Shown here: positions 42,598 through 51,756 of the stretch, piece after piece | How the letters are laid out: each line of letters begins with the position of its first letter | Numbering within the stretch: position 1 is the first letter of the stretch | Assembly (NCBI GenBank): GCA_041750285.1 | Contig: JBGSZS010000007.1 | Coordinates: 64,001 to 128,000, forward strand | Source: Candidatus Fermentibacteraceae bacterium | GTDB lineage: Bacteria > Fermentibacterota > Fermentibacteria > Fermentibacterales > JCC-6 | Reading direction: 5' to 3' | DNA length: 64,000 nucleotides | Position numbers and translations under genes: made by a program | The notes under the pieces: generated by a model | Databases searched by the model: none | Seen by the model: the letters and a program-made list of their open reading frames with translations, nothing else | Told to the model about the DNA's origin: nothing

Positions 42598-43647
42598 ATG
42601 AGTCGCTGGCTGGTAACTGGCGGATCGGGTTTCCTTGGCATCAACCTCATCCGTCATCTCGTCAGGAACGGACACCAGGTTGTTTCCATAGACATCGAAC
42701 CGTTCACATACCCCGACATGGCCGGTGTGGTCGAGCATCACCTGATGGATGTGCGCGATGCCGAGGCCATCGACGGACTGATCGCCGGCGGGTTCGACGT
42801 GGTGATGCACGGCGCTGCGGCCCTTCCCCTTTACAAGAAGTCGGACATTCTCTCAACGAACATACAGGGCACAAGGAATGTTTTCGAATCATCGTACCGG
42901 CACGGTGTGAAGAGGGGGATCTACATCTCTTCCACGGCGGTGTACGGCATACCCAAGAAGCACCCCCTCTACGAGGATGATCCGCTGGTGGGAGTGGGTC
43001 CCTACGGGCACACCAAGATCGAGTCTGAACGGATCGTGGCCGGGTATCGCGAACTTGGCATGACCATAGCCACGATTCGTCCGAAGTCCTTCGTCGGCCC
43101 CGAGAGGCTGGGGGTATTCGCGATCTTCTACCAGTGGGCCTCCGAGGGCAGAAGCTTCCCCATGATCGGAAGGGGAAGAAACCTGTACCAGCTCCTCGAC
43201 GTCGAAGACCTTTGTGATTCCATAGTGCTCGCCGCCGAACACCCCGATCAGGCAGCGGTCAACACCGAGTTCAACATAGGCGCCAAGGTCTACACAACGA
43301 TGCGGGAGGACTACCAGGCAGTTCTTGACAAGGCTGGTTTCGGCAAGACGATCAGAGAGTCCCCTGCCAACCTGGTCATTTTTGCACTTGAACTGCTCGA
43401 GTTCTTCAAGCTTTCTCCCCTTTACCCCTGGGTGTACAAAACGGCCACGAAGGATTCCTTCGTTTCGATCGACAAGGCCGAAAAGGTCCTCGGGTTCACA
43501 CCCAGATACTCCAACAAGGAAGCGCTTCTGAGGAACTACAAGTGGTACCTCGAAAACCGTGACAAGTACGGCAGGAACGACGGCGGGGTTTCCCACAGGG
43601 CACCCTGGAGTCAGGGTATACTGGGTATCGCCAGGTATTTCTTCTGA
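42598..43647 (+). CDS. NAD-dependent epimerase/dehydratase (extended SDR)
   Basis: TGGSGFLG, YxxxK (YGHTK). Confidence 0.9.
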   Translation: MSRWLVTGGSGFLGINLIRHLVRNGHQVVSIDIEPFTYPDMAGVVEHHLMDVRDAEAIDGLIAGGFDVVMHGAAALPLYKKSDILSTNIQGTRNVFESSYRHGVKRGIYISSTAVYGIPKKHPLYEDDPLVGVGPYGHTKIESERIVAGYRELGMTIATIRPKSFVGPERLGVFAIFYQWASEGRSFPMIGRGRNLYQLLDVEDLCDSIVLAAEHPDQAAVNTEFNIGAKVYTTMREDYQAVLDKAGFGKTIRESPANLVIFALELLEFFKLSPLYPWVYKTATKDSFVSIDKAEKVLGFTPRYSNKEALLRNYKWYLENRDKYGRNDGGVSHRAPWSQGILGIARYFF

Positions 43648-43668
43648 TCCTCCGGGCTGCCGCGGCCC

Positions 43669-44577
43669 CTACTTCGCAGCTGTGAGCCATCCCTCACGGT
43701 GATAGTCACTTATTCCGTCGACGATCCCGAATGAGGGCACGAAACCCAGGAGTTCCGCTGCAAGGTTCATGTCGCAGGTCGTGTCATTCTGGTAGCTGCC
43801 CGCGTATGGGTTGGGGATGTATTCCGGAACCCGCTCGAGACCCAGGACGCCGTTCAGGATGGCAACCAGTCCGTTGAAAGTGGTGGCCTTGCCCGACCCG
43901 CAGTTCACCACGCAGCTTTTCCCGGCTTCTGAGGCCAGTTCGTTTGCCCTGACCACATCCTTGACATAGACATAGTCCCTTTTCTGTTCACCGTACTCGA
44001 ACAGACGCGGATTCCCCGAGATCATCTGTCTTGCGAACTGGTGGATCATCGTGGACCTCGAACCCTTGTGGTTCTCCCTGGGTCCATACACATTGCAGTA
44101 TCGGAGCCCCACGGTGACCACCCCCGGGAATTCACTGCCCAGGGCCATGGATGCTTCTTCCAGAAGCTTCTTTGACTCGGCGTAGGGTGTATTTGGATCG
44201 AATGGCCCTTCCTCCCTGAAGGGGGCCTGGCTTCTTCCGTACACGGCGGTCGTCGAGGCGTACACGATCCTTCTGCAGCCCTTTTCGATCACATGGCGGA
44301 ACAGTTTCAGGGGCGCTTCCAGGTTTGCCCAGAGCATTTCCCGACGGTCGGTCATCCTTGTGTTGTTGATCGCGGCCTGATGGAAGAGGACGTCGATCCC
44401 GCCAATCGTGTCGAGGTCAATGCCGAAGATGCCTGGAAACAGCCGCTTTCCCGTGAACTCGGGAATGGTTTGCTCCGACTCGTTGCCCGTGATGATCACT
44501 TCGTGGCCGAGGCTTTGAAGGTGAAGGGCGAGATTCGACCCCACGAACCCGGTTCCACCTGTGACAAGGCACTTCAT
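43669..44577 (-). CDS. NAD-dependent epimerase (ADP-heptose epimerase RfaD-like)
   Basis: TGGTGFVG, YAESK, LRYCNVYGP.E.HKG, RDYVYV. Confidence 0.8.
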   Translation of the reverse strand: MKCLVTGGTGFVGSNLALHLQSLGHEVIITGNESEQTIPEFTGKRLFPGIFGIDLDTIGGIDVLFHQAAINNTRMTDRREMLWANLEAPLKLFRHVIEKGCRRIVYASTTAVYGRSQAPFREEGPFDPNTPYAESKKLLEEASMALGSEFPGVVTVGLRYCNVYGPRENHKGSRSTMIHQFARQMISGNPRLFEYGEQKRDYVYVKDVVRANELASEAGKSCVVNCGSGKATTFNGLVAILNGVLGLERVPEYIPNPYAGSYQNDTTCDMNLAAELLGFVPSFGIVDGISDYHREGWLTAAK

Positions 44578-44598
44578 GCATTGATTCCCTTCAAGGTT

Positions 44599-46989
44599 TC
44601 ACTGATCGGATCCGTCGGCGTTGCGAACGACGGGAACCCAGAGCAGCCCCGAGCGGTGGATGTGGGTGTCGCTCTTCCTTGGGCGTACGAGTTTTTCCTC
44701 GAGAACAAGTTCCTCGGCCCTGAGCGGTTCCTCCATGAGCCCGAGTTTCTCGTTGAACTCCTTTTCCAGTTCGGCCAGACGCTCCCTCTGGACCTCGAGC
44801 TCTCTTTCCGCCGAGGCGATGTCCTGCCTTTCGCGGGAAGCCCTTGTGGCTCCCCTGACTGCCGTGGTGGCCCTGCCCACGCTTCCGGTGCCGATCCTGC
44901 CGCCCAGCAGGGCGCCCATGATCGTGGCCCCGACCGATACTGCGGTCTGGGTTCTCTGGTGGCTGTACTGGCTCTTCTCCCGTTCCAGTTTCTGTTCGGC
45001 CCTTCTGACCCTGTCCTGGACCGTCATGAAGCGCTTCTCGAAAGACTCCCTGAGTTTCTCCACCTGCAGGTCCCGGTTTTCCCTGTCGATCTGAAGGAGC
45101 CTTTCTGCGAAAGAGCCCTTTTCCTCACCGGGGTCTGACGACGCCCTGGGCTTCTGGCAGTACCATACCGAGAGCGTTTGCTCCTGATAGAGCCATGACG
45201 CGGCCCTTGTGAGGAAATGCTTCATTGAGGCCGCTTTGACCGCATCGGGCGGAAGCGGCTCATATGAAGGGTTCGGCGCAGGTTCAATGTCCAGGGGGCT
45301 GGGTTTTCCGCGTGTGCATTCAGCCTCGGCCCATGCATCACCGTGACCGGTCACTGCGGGCACCAATAGCGTGCAATCCTCCCAGAGATCGATCTTCTCT
45401 CGGGCGGACACGAAATGAAGCCTGGCGGATGCAAACAGGTGGGGTGTGTAAAGTACGGTCTGCCCCGCAGGGGAGGGAACCGGCAACGGGGCGTGGAACT
45501 CACCGATCTCGGGCGGTATCCACGGTTTTGACTGTGACGCTGCCTGACCCGGACGTGAAGGTGCAACGGTAGGTTCTGACGGACCGGCCTGTTGAAGGTT
45601 CCTCAGCTGCGCACCAGTCAGTGGGCCCCGCAGGTACGACATCGCCCAACGGGTCTGGAAAAGTTCCGGGTTGCTCCTGTGAACGTTGTGCATGAGGAAG
45701 ACACGCTTTTCCAGCCCCGAGAGAAGCCTGTCCATCTCGGATCTTTCCAGAACGTTCGCCGATGCGCTTTCAAGACCGTCCAGAAGCCGCAGTTTGTCGC
45801 GCTCGGTCTGAAGCCGCCCCACGAACCACGTTCCCGTGTTGGAAAGCCCCCTGTAGTCGAGATCCACAGGATTCTGGGCGGCCAGAACGACACCGAGACC
45901 GTAGGCGCGTGCCTGTTTCAGCAGGGTAAGCATGGGCTTTTTAGAAGGAGGCTCGGCGCCCGGGGGGAAGAATCCGAAGATCTCGTCCATGTAGAGGATG
46001 GCCCTCAAGCTTCCCGTGCCCGGCTTTGACCGCATCCAGGCCACCACCTCGTTGAGAAGAAGGGATACAAAGAACATCCTCTGTTTGTCCGAAAGATGCG
46101 CTATCGAAAGAATCGATATCCTGGGTTTTCCCCCGGGGGAGTGAAGCAGGTTTTCGATGTTGAGGGTTTCCCCAAGGGTCCAGGGTGCAAAACCGGGTGA
46201 TGCCGCCAGGCTGTTGAGCATCATGGCCAGTTTCAGCCTCTCGCCGGAGGGATAGAAAGACTCGACATCAAGCACACCAAGCTGTTTCATGGGTGGATTC
46301 TGAACCGCCCGCACCAGCCCTGTCAGGTCCATGTTCCGGCCTTCCCCCCACGCGTGTGCGAGGATGCTCTGCAGGAGCACATGCTCCCTTCCGTGAACAT
46401 CCAGATCATCCCCTCCCGCGAGTGAGAGAAAACTCGAAACAGCTGTTTCGATGCGATCAGCGAGAACATCCGGCTCATTCATGATCTCCTGCGACGGAGC
46501 ATCGAGCGAACGAAGGATGGAGAGGGGGATCCCGTTGCTGCCTCCCGGTGTGTACAGCCTGAATTCAGACCTGCTTTTCAGCTCCCTGATCCGTTCCCCA
46601 TCCTGACCCCATCGGGCGAGCCCCGCCTTCCATGCATCGGCAGTGTCGGAAGCGAGCCGCTCTGCAGTCACGCCCTTTCGTGCCGCGTCTTCCGGGTCGA
46701 TCCAGGGCAGGAAGTCATCCGGCGAGAGCCCGGGGAAAGTCAGCATGAGGTTGGACAGATCCCCCTTGGGATCGATGGCTATGGCCGGTATGCCGTCCAT
46801 TGCCGCTTCCTCGAGAAGGGAGACGCAAAGGCCGGTTTTGCCGCTTCCGGTCATGCCAACGCAAACCGCATGGGTTGTGAGGTCGCGTGAGTCGTACAGG
46901 ATCAGGTCGTCCGTCGTCTCCCGGGAAGCCGGATCGTAGCGTTTGCCCAGATAGAACACACCGAGTTTTTCAAAATCCCGTATCTGCAT
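44599..46989 (-). CDS. HerA/FtsK-superfamily P-loop ATPase (DUF87-like) with C-terminal coiled coil
   Basis: GMTGSGKT, IDPKGD, YMDE, AQNP; ATG 46989 after AGGAG. Confidence 0.8.
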   Translation of the reverse strand: MQIRDFEKLGVFYLGKRYDPASRETTDDLILYDSRDLTTHAVCVGMTGSGKTGLCVSLLEEAAMDGIPAIAIDPKGDLSNLMLTFPGLSPDDFLPWIDPEDAARKGVTAERLASDTADAWKAGLARWGQDGERIRELKSRSEFRLYTPGGSNGIPLSILRSLDAPSQEIMNEPDVLADRIETAVSSFLSLAGGDDLDVHGREHVLLQSILAHAWGEGRNMDLTGLVRAVQNPPMKQLGVLDVESFYPSGERLKLAMMLNSLAASPGFAPWTLGETLNIENLLHSPGGKPRISILSIAHLSDKQRMFFVSLLLNEVVAWMRSKPGTGSLRAILYMDEIFGFFPPGAEPPSKKPMLTLLKQARAYGLGVVLAAQNPVDLDYRGLSNTGTWFVGRLQTERDKLRLLDGLESASANVLERSEMDRLLSGLEKRVFLMHNVHRSNPELFQTRWAMSYLRGPLTGAQLRNLQQAGPSEPTVAPSRPGQAASQSKPWIPPEIGEFHAPLPVPSPAGQTVLYTPHLFASARLHFVSAREKIDLWEDCTLLVPAVTGHGDAWAEAECTRGKPSPLDIEPAPNPSYEPLPPDAVKAASMKHFLTRAASWLYQEQTLSVWYCQKPRASSDPGEEKGSFAERLLQIDRENRDLQVEKLRESFEKRFMTVQDRVRRAEQKLEREKSQYSHQRTQTAVSVGATIMGALLGGRIGTGSVGRATTAVRGATRASRERQDIASAERELEVQRERLAELEKEFNEKLGLMEEPLRAEELVLEEKLVRPRKSDTHIHRSGLLWVPVVRNADGSDQ

Positions 46990-47121
46990 GATGCTCTCCT
47001 TTTCGCGCACTGCGTGAGAATATGTATGCCGGGTTTTTTGCGCAAGCTTTCTCGCCGTCCGCTTCGCGGTTAGATTCACAGGTCAGCAGTTTGCCTCGGG
47101 ATCATGCATCGGAGGGTGGAA

Positions 47122-48645
47122 ATGCCGGTAATCATTGATGGGAAAAGCCTTACGATTGAAAAGGTGGTGACGGTGGCCCGCGGGGGCGAAAGGGTGTCAC
47201 TTTCCGAAGAAGCCAGGGAGCGCATCCGGGCGTGCAGAAGAATGGTCGAGCGCAAGATCCGGCTCGGAGAGGTTATGTACGGCATCAACACCGGCATTGG
47301 TGAGTTCTCGGAGAAACGTCTCTCCGACGCCGAGGTCCTTTCCTTCCAGAAATACCTCATCTACAACCATTCCGCAGGAATAGGCAGACCCGCTCCAGTC
47401 GAGCACGTGCGGGCCGCGATGCTTGGAAGGGCAAACGTTCACGCCAACGGACGAAGCGCGGTCCGACTCGAGATGACAGAGATGCTTCTTGAAATGCTTA
47501 ACAGGGGCGTGACCCCTTTTGTGTGCGAGAAGGGCTCCGTGGGTGCGTGCGGTGACCTTGCTCCCATGAGCATGATAGCGCTGGTGATCATGGGGGAGGG
47601 TGAAGCCTTCTACAAGGGTGAACGGCTGCCGGGCGCCGAGGCTCTGGGCAGGGCAGGGCTTGAACCCCTGACACTCCACGCCCGTGACGGGCTTGCACTG
47701 ATCAACGGTTCAAACCTTCTCACTGCCATCGCGGCATTGAACATTCATGACATGAACAACTGGCTGATGACAGCCGAGATAGCGGCCGCGATGAGCCTAG
47801 AGGCCCTCTACGCAAACCTCAAGCCCTACGATCCCCGGGTTCATCTCGAAAGAGGTTTCAGCGGCGCCGTGCGAAGCGCGAGGGCAATACGGAAATGCCT
47901 CGAGGGCAGTGACCTTGCCACAGGCAGAACACCTCAGAAGGTACAGGATGCCTACTCCATGCGAAGCACACCCCAGGTCATCGGCGCCGCGCACGATGCG
48001 CTGGCGTACGCCCGAAGCCAGGTTGAAACTGAGCTGAACGGCGTGGGAGACAACCCGATATTCCTACACGAGGAAGATACCGTTCTCACCGGCGCCAACT
48101 TTCAGGGTTCCCCGGTATCCCTGCCCATGGAAATGGCCGGAACCGCTGTAACAATGGTTTCCGTCCTGAGCGAAAGAAGGTTGAACAGGCTGCTGAACCC
48201 CGCCCTTTCCGTGGGGCTGCCCGCCTTCCTAGCCGAGAAGCCCGGCCTCTACAGCGGCCACATGCTAAGCCAGTACACTGCCGGAATGCTCATCGCCGAA
48301 CAGCGGATACTCTGCACGCCGGCTGCCGTGGCCTCGATACCAGCCGCTGCGGATCAGGAGGATTTCGTGAGCATGGGCATGAACACCAGCCTGAAGAACT
48401 GCACGATCCTCGAGAACGCAATGGGTGTCCTCGGTATTGAGATGATAGCGGCAGCACAGGCTCTTGATTTCAGAACCCATAATTTCGGGATTGGTGTTAA
48501 CGCCGCACATGAAGTGGTGAGGAAGCATGTCGAGCACCTGGGCGAGGACAGGCCTCTGTATCCCGATCACAACCGCATGGTCGAGGTCTTGAGAGGCAAT
48601 GAGGTGCTGGAGACAGTGGAGAAGGTGACCGGCCCGTTGTCATAG
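47122..48645 (+). CDS. hutH: Histidine/aromatic amino acid ammonia-lyase with Ala-Cys-Gly MIO precursor
   Basis: YGINTGIG, GSVGACGDL, LALING, QDAYS.R..PQV, DNP, QEDFVSM. Confidence 0.82.
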   Translation: MPVIIDGKSLTIEKVVTVARGGERVSLSEEARERIRACRRMVERKIRLGEVMYGINTGIGEFSEKRLSDAEVLSFQKYLIYNHSAGIGRPAPVEHVRAAMLGRANVHANGRSAVRLEMTEMLLEMLNRGVTPFVCEKGSVGACGDLAPMSMIALVIMGEGEAFYKGERLPGAEALGRAGLEPLTLHARDGLALINGSNLLTAIAALNIHDMNNWLMTAEIAAAMSLEALYANLKPYDPRVHLERGFSGAVRSARAIRKCLEGSDLATGRTPQKVQDAYSMRSTPQVIGAAHDALAYARSQVETELNGVGDNPIFLHEEDTVLTGANFQGSPVSLPMEMAGTAVTMVSVLSERRLNRLLNPALSVGLPAFLAEKPGLYSGHMLSQYTAGMLIAEQRILCTPAAVASIPAAADQEDFVSMGMNTSLKNCTILENAMGVLGIEMIAAAQALDFRTHNFGIGVNAAHEVVRKHVEHLGEDRPLYPDHNRMVEVLRGNEVLETVEKVTGPLS

Positions 48646-48671
48646 CTCAGGCATGTGTTAACCGAAAACTG

Positions 48672-49499
48672 TTAACTCTGAGATGGGCTTATCGTACCCA
48701 TCGCGTGATGGATCTCGGTTTCAGTCACAAGAAGGCTGCCGGCGTGTGCGTTGCCGCACGAGAACTCCAGCCTGCGAAGGAGCTGGTTGGCGACCCGCTC
48801 GTGGACGACGGTGATCACTATCCTGCCGAACCGGTCGTCCCCCCGGGCTTCCATGAAGCCTGCGAAAGCCGGAATGGATGCCAGGTACGATTCGGACCTT
48901 TCAGCGTCCACGATCATGGCAGTGTGCTGTTCCTGTGAGGCCAGCACGTCCATCACGTCGTTGAAAGCGTCGCGTGATCGCGCAAAGATATGGATCATTC
49001 TGAGGTTGGTGCCTATTTCCGGCAGCACGGTGACACTCGCCCCGTTGCAGCCCCTGACCACAGCAATCACATCCTGAGGGTTCTCGGCGTTTTGCAGCGC
49101 CTTTCTGTTCGAGGGCTTCCTGAATAGACGCGAGAACTGGGAGAGGATTTCCAGATGAGTCGAGGGGTCGCTGCGTGGGCCGATCACGAAAGCGAAGAGC
49201 TGAACATCCCTTCCGTCGGGAGAATCGAATCTTACTTCCCGGCGGGTCGTCAGAATACCCACAGCGAAACCGACGGCGCCTTCAAGCCTGCAATGGGGAA
49301 GTGCAACCCCTCCGCCCAGAGCCGTCGAGCCCAGGGCTTCCCGGGACTTGAGAGCGGCAAGGATGCGATCTGCAGGCGTTCCTGCCAGGGCTTTGGAGGA
49401 TGCGGCGAGTTCCGAGATCCTGCCCAGGACCTGATCGGAAGTAACAAGGCTCTGCCCCAGCGCGACCATCTCAACTTCGAGAACGTCCAGTAGTTTCAT
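48672..49499 (-). CDS. PTS IIA(Ntr/Fru-like) domain protein with C-terminal extra domain
   Basis: REALGSTALGGGVALPH. Confidence 0.82.
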   Translation of the reverse strand: MKLLDVLEVEMVALGQSLVTSDQVLGRISELAASSKALAGTPADRILAALKSREALGSTALGGGVALPHCRLEGAVGFAVGILTTRREVRFDSPDGRDVQLFAFVIGPRSDPSTHLEILSQFSRLFRKPSNRKALQNAENPQDVIAVVRGCNGASVTVLPEIGTNLRMIHIFARSRDAFNDVMDVLASQEQHTAMIVDAERSESYLASIPAFAGFMEARGDDRFGRIVITVVHERVANQLLRRLEFSCGNAHAGSLLVTETEIHHAMGTISPSQS

Positions 49500-50209
49500 C
49501 ACCCTCCCTGGTTGTCCGGCTGCAATAGCAATGGAATATCTGAGATGTGCGATACTGTGGCAAGAAGCATTCCGGCAGGTATGTCCACATGCTCTGCAAC
49601 CCATGTCGATGGACGCTTAACGTATATCGCGTTAACTTCACAGTGAAGCGCCGGTGCGATGTCGGACCTTGGGCTGTTACCCACAACGCAGACCTCTCCA
49701 CGGTTCAGCTCCAGAGAATCAATGATCGCCTCAAGACTTTCCGGGGTTTTTACCGGCACGACTATGCAGTCCTCGAAAAGGCCGGAAAGACCGGATCTCC
49801 GGTATTTATCCTTCTGGTGGTCCTGCTCGCCCATCGTGTAGAGTATCAGCCTGTGGCCCTTCTCAGACAGGTACTCAAGGGTGGAAAGGACACCGGGGAA
49901 AAGGGTGACCGGATGGTTGAGAAGCCTGTCCCGTATCCGGTCGAGAGTTGCGAAGTCACCGTCGGATGGATTCTTCACGAAATCGGCAAGGATCGAACGC
50001 AGGGTTTCGATGTATGGACCCGGGCCGTAACCTGTTTCCGACAGCCGCCGGATGTCCCTCTCGTGGACTTCATTCCTGACGAGGTCTCCGGGGAAGCCCA
50101 GGCCTTCCATCAGAAGAACGAACGAGTCCTCGGCATCACGAAAGTAACCCGCGCTTTCCCACAAGGTGTCGTCTGCGTCGAACACCCAGCACGATATTCT
50201 CTTCTCCAT
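49499..50209 (-). CDS. HAD-superfamily hydrolase
   Basis: FDADDTLW, VGNS.RSDI; ATG 50209 after AGGAG. Confidence 0.9.
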   Translation of the reverse strand: MEKRISCWVFDADDTLWESAGYFRDAEDSFVLLMEGLGFPGDLVRNEVHERDIRRLSETGYGPGPYIETLRSILADFVKNPSDGDFATLDRIRDRLLNHPVTLFPGVLSTLEYLSEKGHRLILYTMGEQDHQKDKYRRSGLSGLFEDCIVVPVKTPESLEAIIDSLELNRGEVCVVGNSPRSDIAPALHCEVNAIYVKRPSTWVAEHVDIPAGMLLATVSHISDIPLLLQPDNQGG

Positions 50210-50316
50210 CCAGCACTCCTGAACGCTCAGCGAAAACTGCGTAAACAAAAGAAGGCAGCGAAAAGAGTTGCGTAAACAAACTCGCATAACCTTTGCCGAT
50301 ACCGGAATATGTCGTA

Positions 50317-50345
50317 TTGACAAGCAAACCGCCCCGCCTTATTCT
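50317..50345 (+). promoter_or_regulatory. Sigma70-type promoter
   Basis: TTGACA (50317-22), 17-nt spacer, TATTCT (50340-45). Confidence 0.7.
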
Positions 50346-50383
50346 CCGGTTTAGAAAAACTCGCACAGGGAGATAACTGCAGT

Positions 50384-50551
50384 ATGAGCCTGCGAATCAT
50401 CACAAGAACCTGACAGTGCCGAAACGGGCTCTGTACGGGCCCTTGTTCCGGTGGTCTGCAGGTTCCGGCCATCTGAAGCACTTCGTGCTGTTCCTGCACT
50501 CCGCCGGGTAGAAGCCGGACGCCGTCCGGCAAACCTGAGAGAGGGGAGTAG
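50384..50551 (+). CDS. Candidate Cys/Sec-rich leader peptide (two in-frame UGA)
   Basis: GGGAG RBS; MSLRIITRT-U-QCRNGLCTGPCSGGLQVPAI-U-STSCCSCTPPGRSRTPSGKPERGE*; TAG ends 3 nt before the SBP start. Confidence 0.45.
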
Positions 50552-50554
50552 GAA

Positions 50555-51709
50555 GTGAAGCTGCTTCTAACCGTTCCAGTCCTGCTTGTACTGATGCTGG
50601 GAGCATTCGGGTGCGGCTCGGAGGAGCCGGCTCCACCAGCCGCGGAGCTACCCGTTCCCGTCGACCTGACGGCCGAAGCTCCGTTGATCAGGGTTGGCTA
50701 CGTAAAGCAGGACCATCATTCCGCGATGTTCGTGTCCGCACTGAGGGGCGGGCGCATGAGCGAGCTGTACCCGGTCTATCTCGCACCTCTTGGCGAGGAC
50801 TACTACGCACTTGTCAAGGACGGCGTGAAGGTCGCCGAGATTCAGGTGATCGAGTCGCAGGGTGCTATGGAGGTTCCAAACAACATGAACGCCGGGCTCT
50901 TCGACATCGGGTTCGGCGGTGTTGCCGCCTTCGCGTCCAGCGCTGACCGCGGAACCGGGATCCGGATCATCTCTCCCCTGCATTTCGACGGCGACATGCT
51001 TGTAGTTGCCGCCGACAATGAAGCGGTGGTTGACTGGGACAGCTTCGTCGAGTGGGTGATGAACAGCCCCGAGCCCGTCACCGTTGCCTTCAAAAGCCCA
51101 ACCGCCGTTGCAGTCGTCCTTCTCGAGGGCGCTCTGAACCACTCCGGCATTCCATACAGCTACCAGTCCAATCCACAGCACGGGTCGAGGGTGCTTCTCT
51201 ACAACGCACAGGGAGAGGGAAACCTCAATCCCGCCCTCACCGAGGGAACGATACAGGCGTACGTATCGAACAACCCGCACCCCGCGCTGGCTGAGCACAG
51301 CGGCATCGGCAGAGTGGTTTGCAGCCTTTCCGAACTGCCCCCCGGGATCTTCGGCGACCACCCCTGCTGTGCCATTGCCGCCACGAGCGCCATCATTGCC
51401 GGGAATCCCGAAGGTGTTGCCGCCGTTCTCGAGCTCTTCGTCTGCGCAACGGACTACATTAACAACAACCGCGAGGACGCTGCCGCAGCGGTTTCAGAGT
51501 GGTGCGGAGTTCCTCTTGAGGTCACGCTTGAATCCATGGGGACCAGTGTCTATGACATGAGCGTGAACCAGCGCTTCATCGACAACATGCACATCATTCT
51601 GGATCACATGAGGGGTCTGAACGTTTTCTCGGGCGAGCTGCTCTCCACCGATCACGCCGTCGTGGAAGAAGTTCTCTTCGACTTCTCGATGCTTCCGGAA
51701 ACCGGGTAG
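50555..51709 (+). CDS. NitT/TauT-type ABC substrate-binding lipoprotein (HPCC motif)
   Basis: Lipobox AFGC; 'GYVKQDHH', 'DHPCC'. Confidence 0.85.
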   Translation: MKLLLTVPVLLVLMLGAFGCGSEEPAPPAAELPVPVDLTAEAPLIRVGYVKQDHHSAMFVSALRGGRMSELYPVYLAPLGEDYYALVKDGVKVAEIQVIESQGAMEVPNNMNAGLFDIGFGGVAAFASSADRGTGIRIISPLHFDGDMLVVAADNEAVVDWDSFVEWVMNSPEPVTVAFKSPTAVAVVLLEGALNHSGIPYSYQSNPQHGSRVLLYNAQGEGNLNPALTEGTIQAYVSNNPHPALAEHSGIGRVVCSLSELPPGIFGDHPCCAIAATSAIIAGNPEGVAAVLELFVCATDYINNNREDAAAAVSEWCGVPLEVTLESMGTSVYDMSVNQRFIDNMHIILDHMRGLNVFSGELLSTDHAVVEEVLFDFSMLPETG

Positions 51710-51756
51710 CGGGTGTTCCGTGCGTTCGGTAACAAGGGAGAACGAATATTAGGCAC

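Noticed and set aside
44599..46989. HerA-like ATPase as part of an anti-phage or conjugation system
   Set aside because: No adjacent nuclease, Sir2 or T4SS genes.
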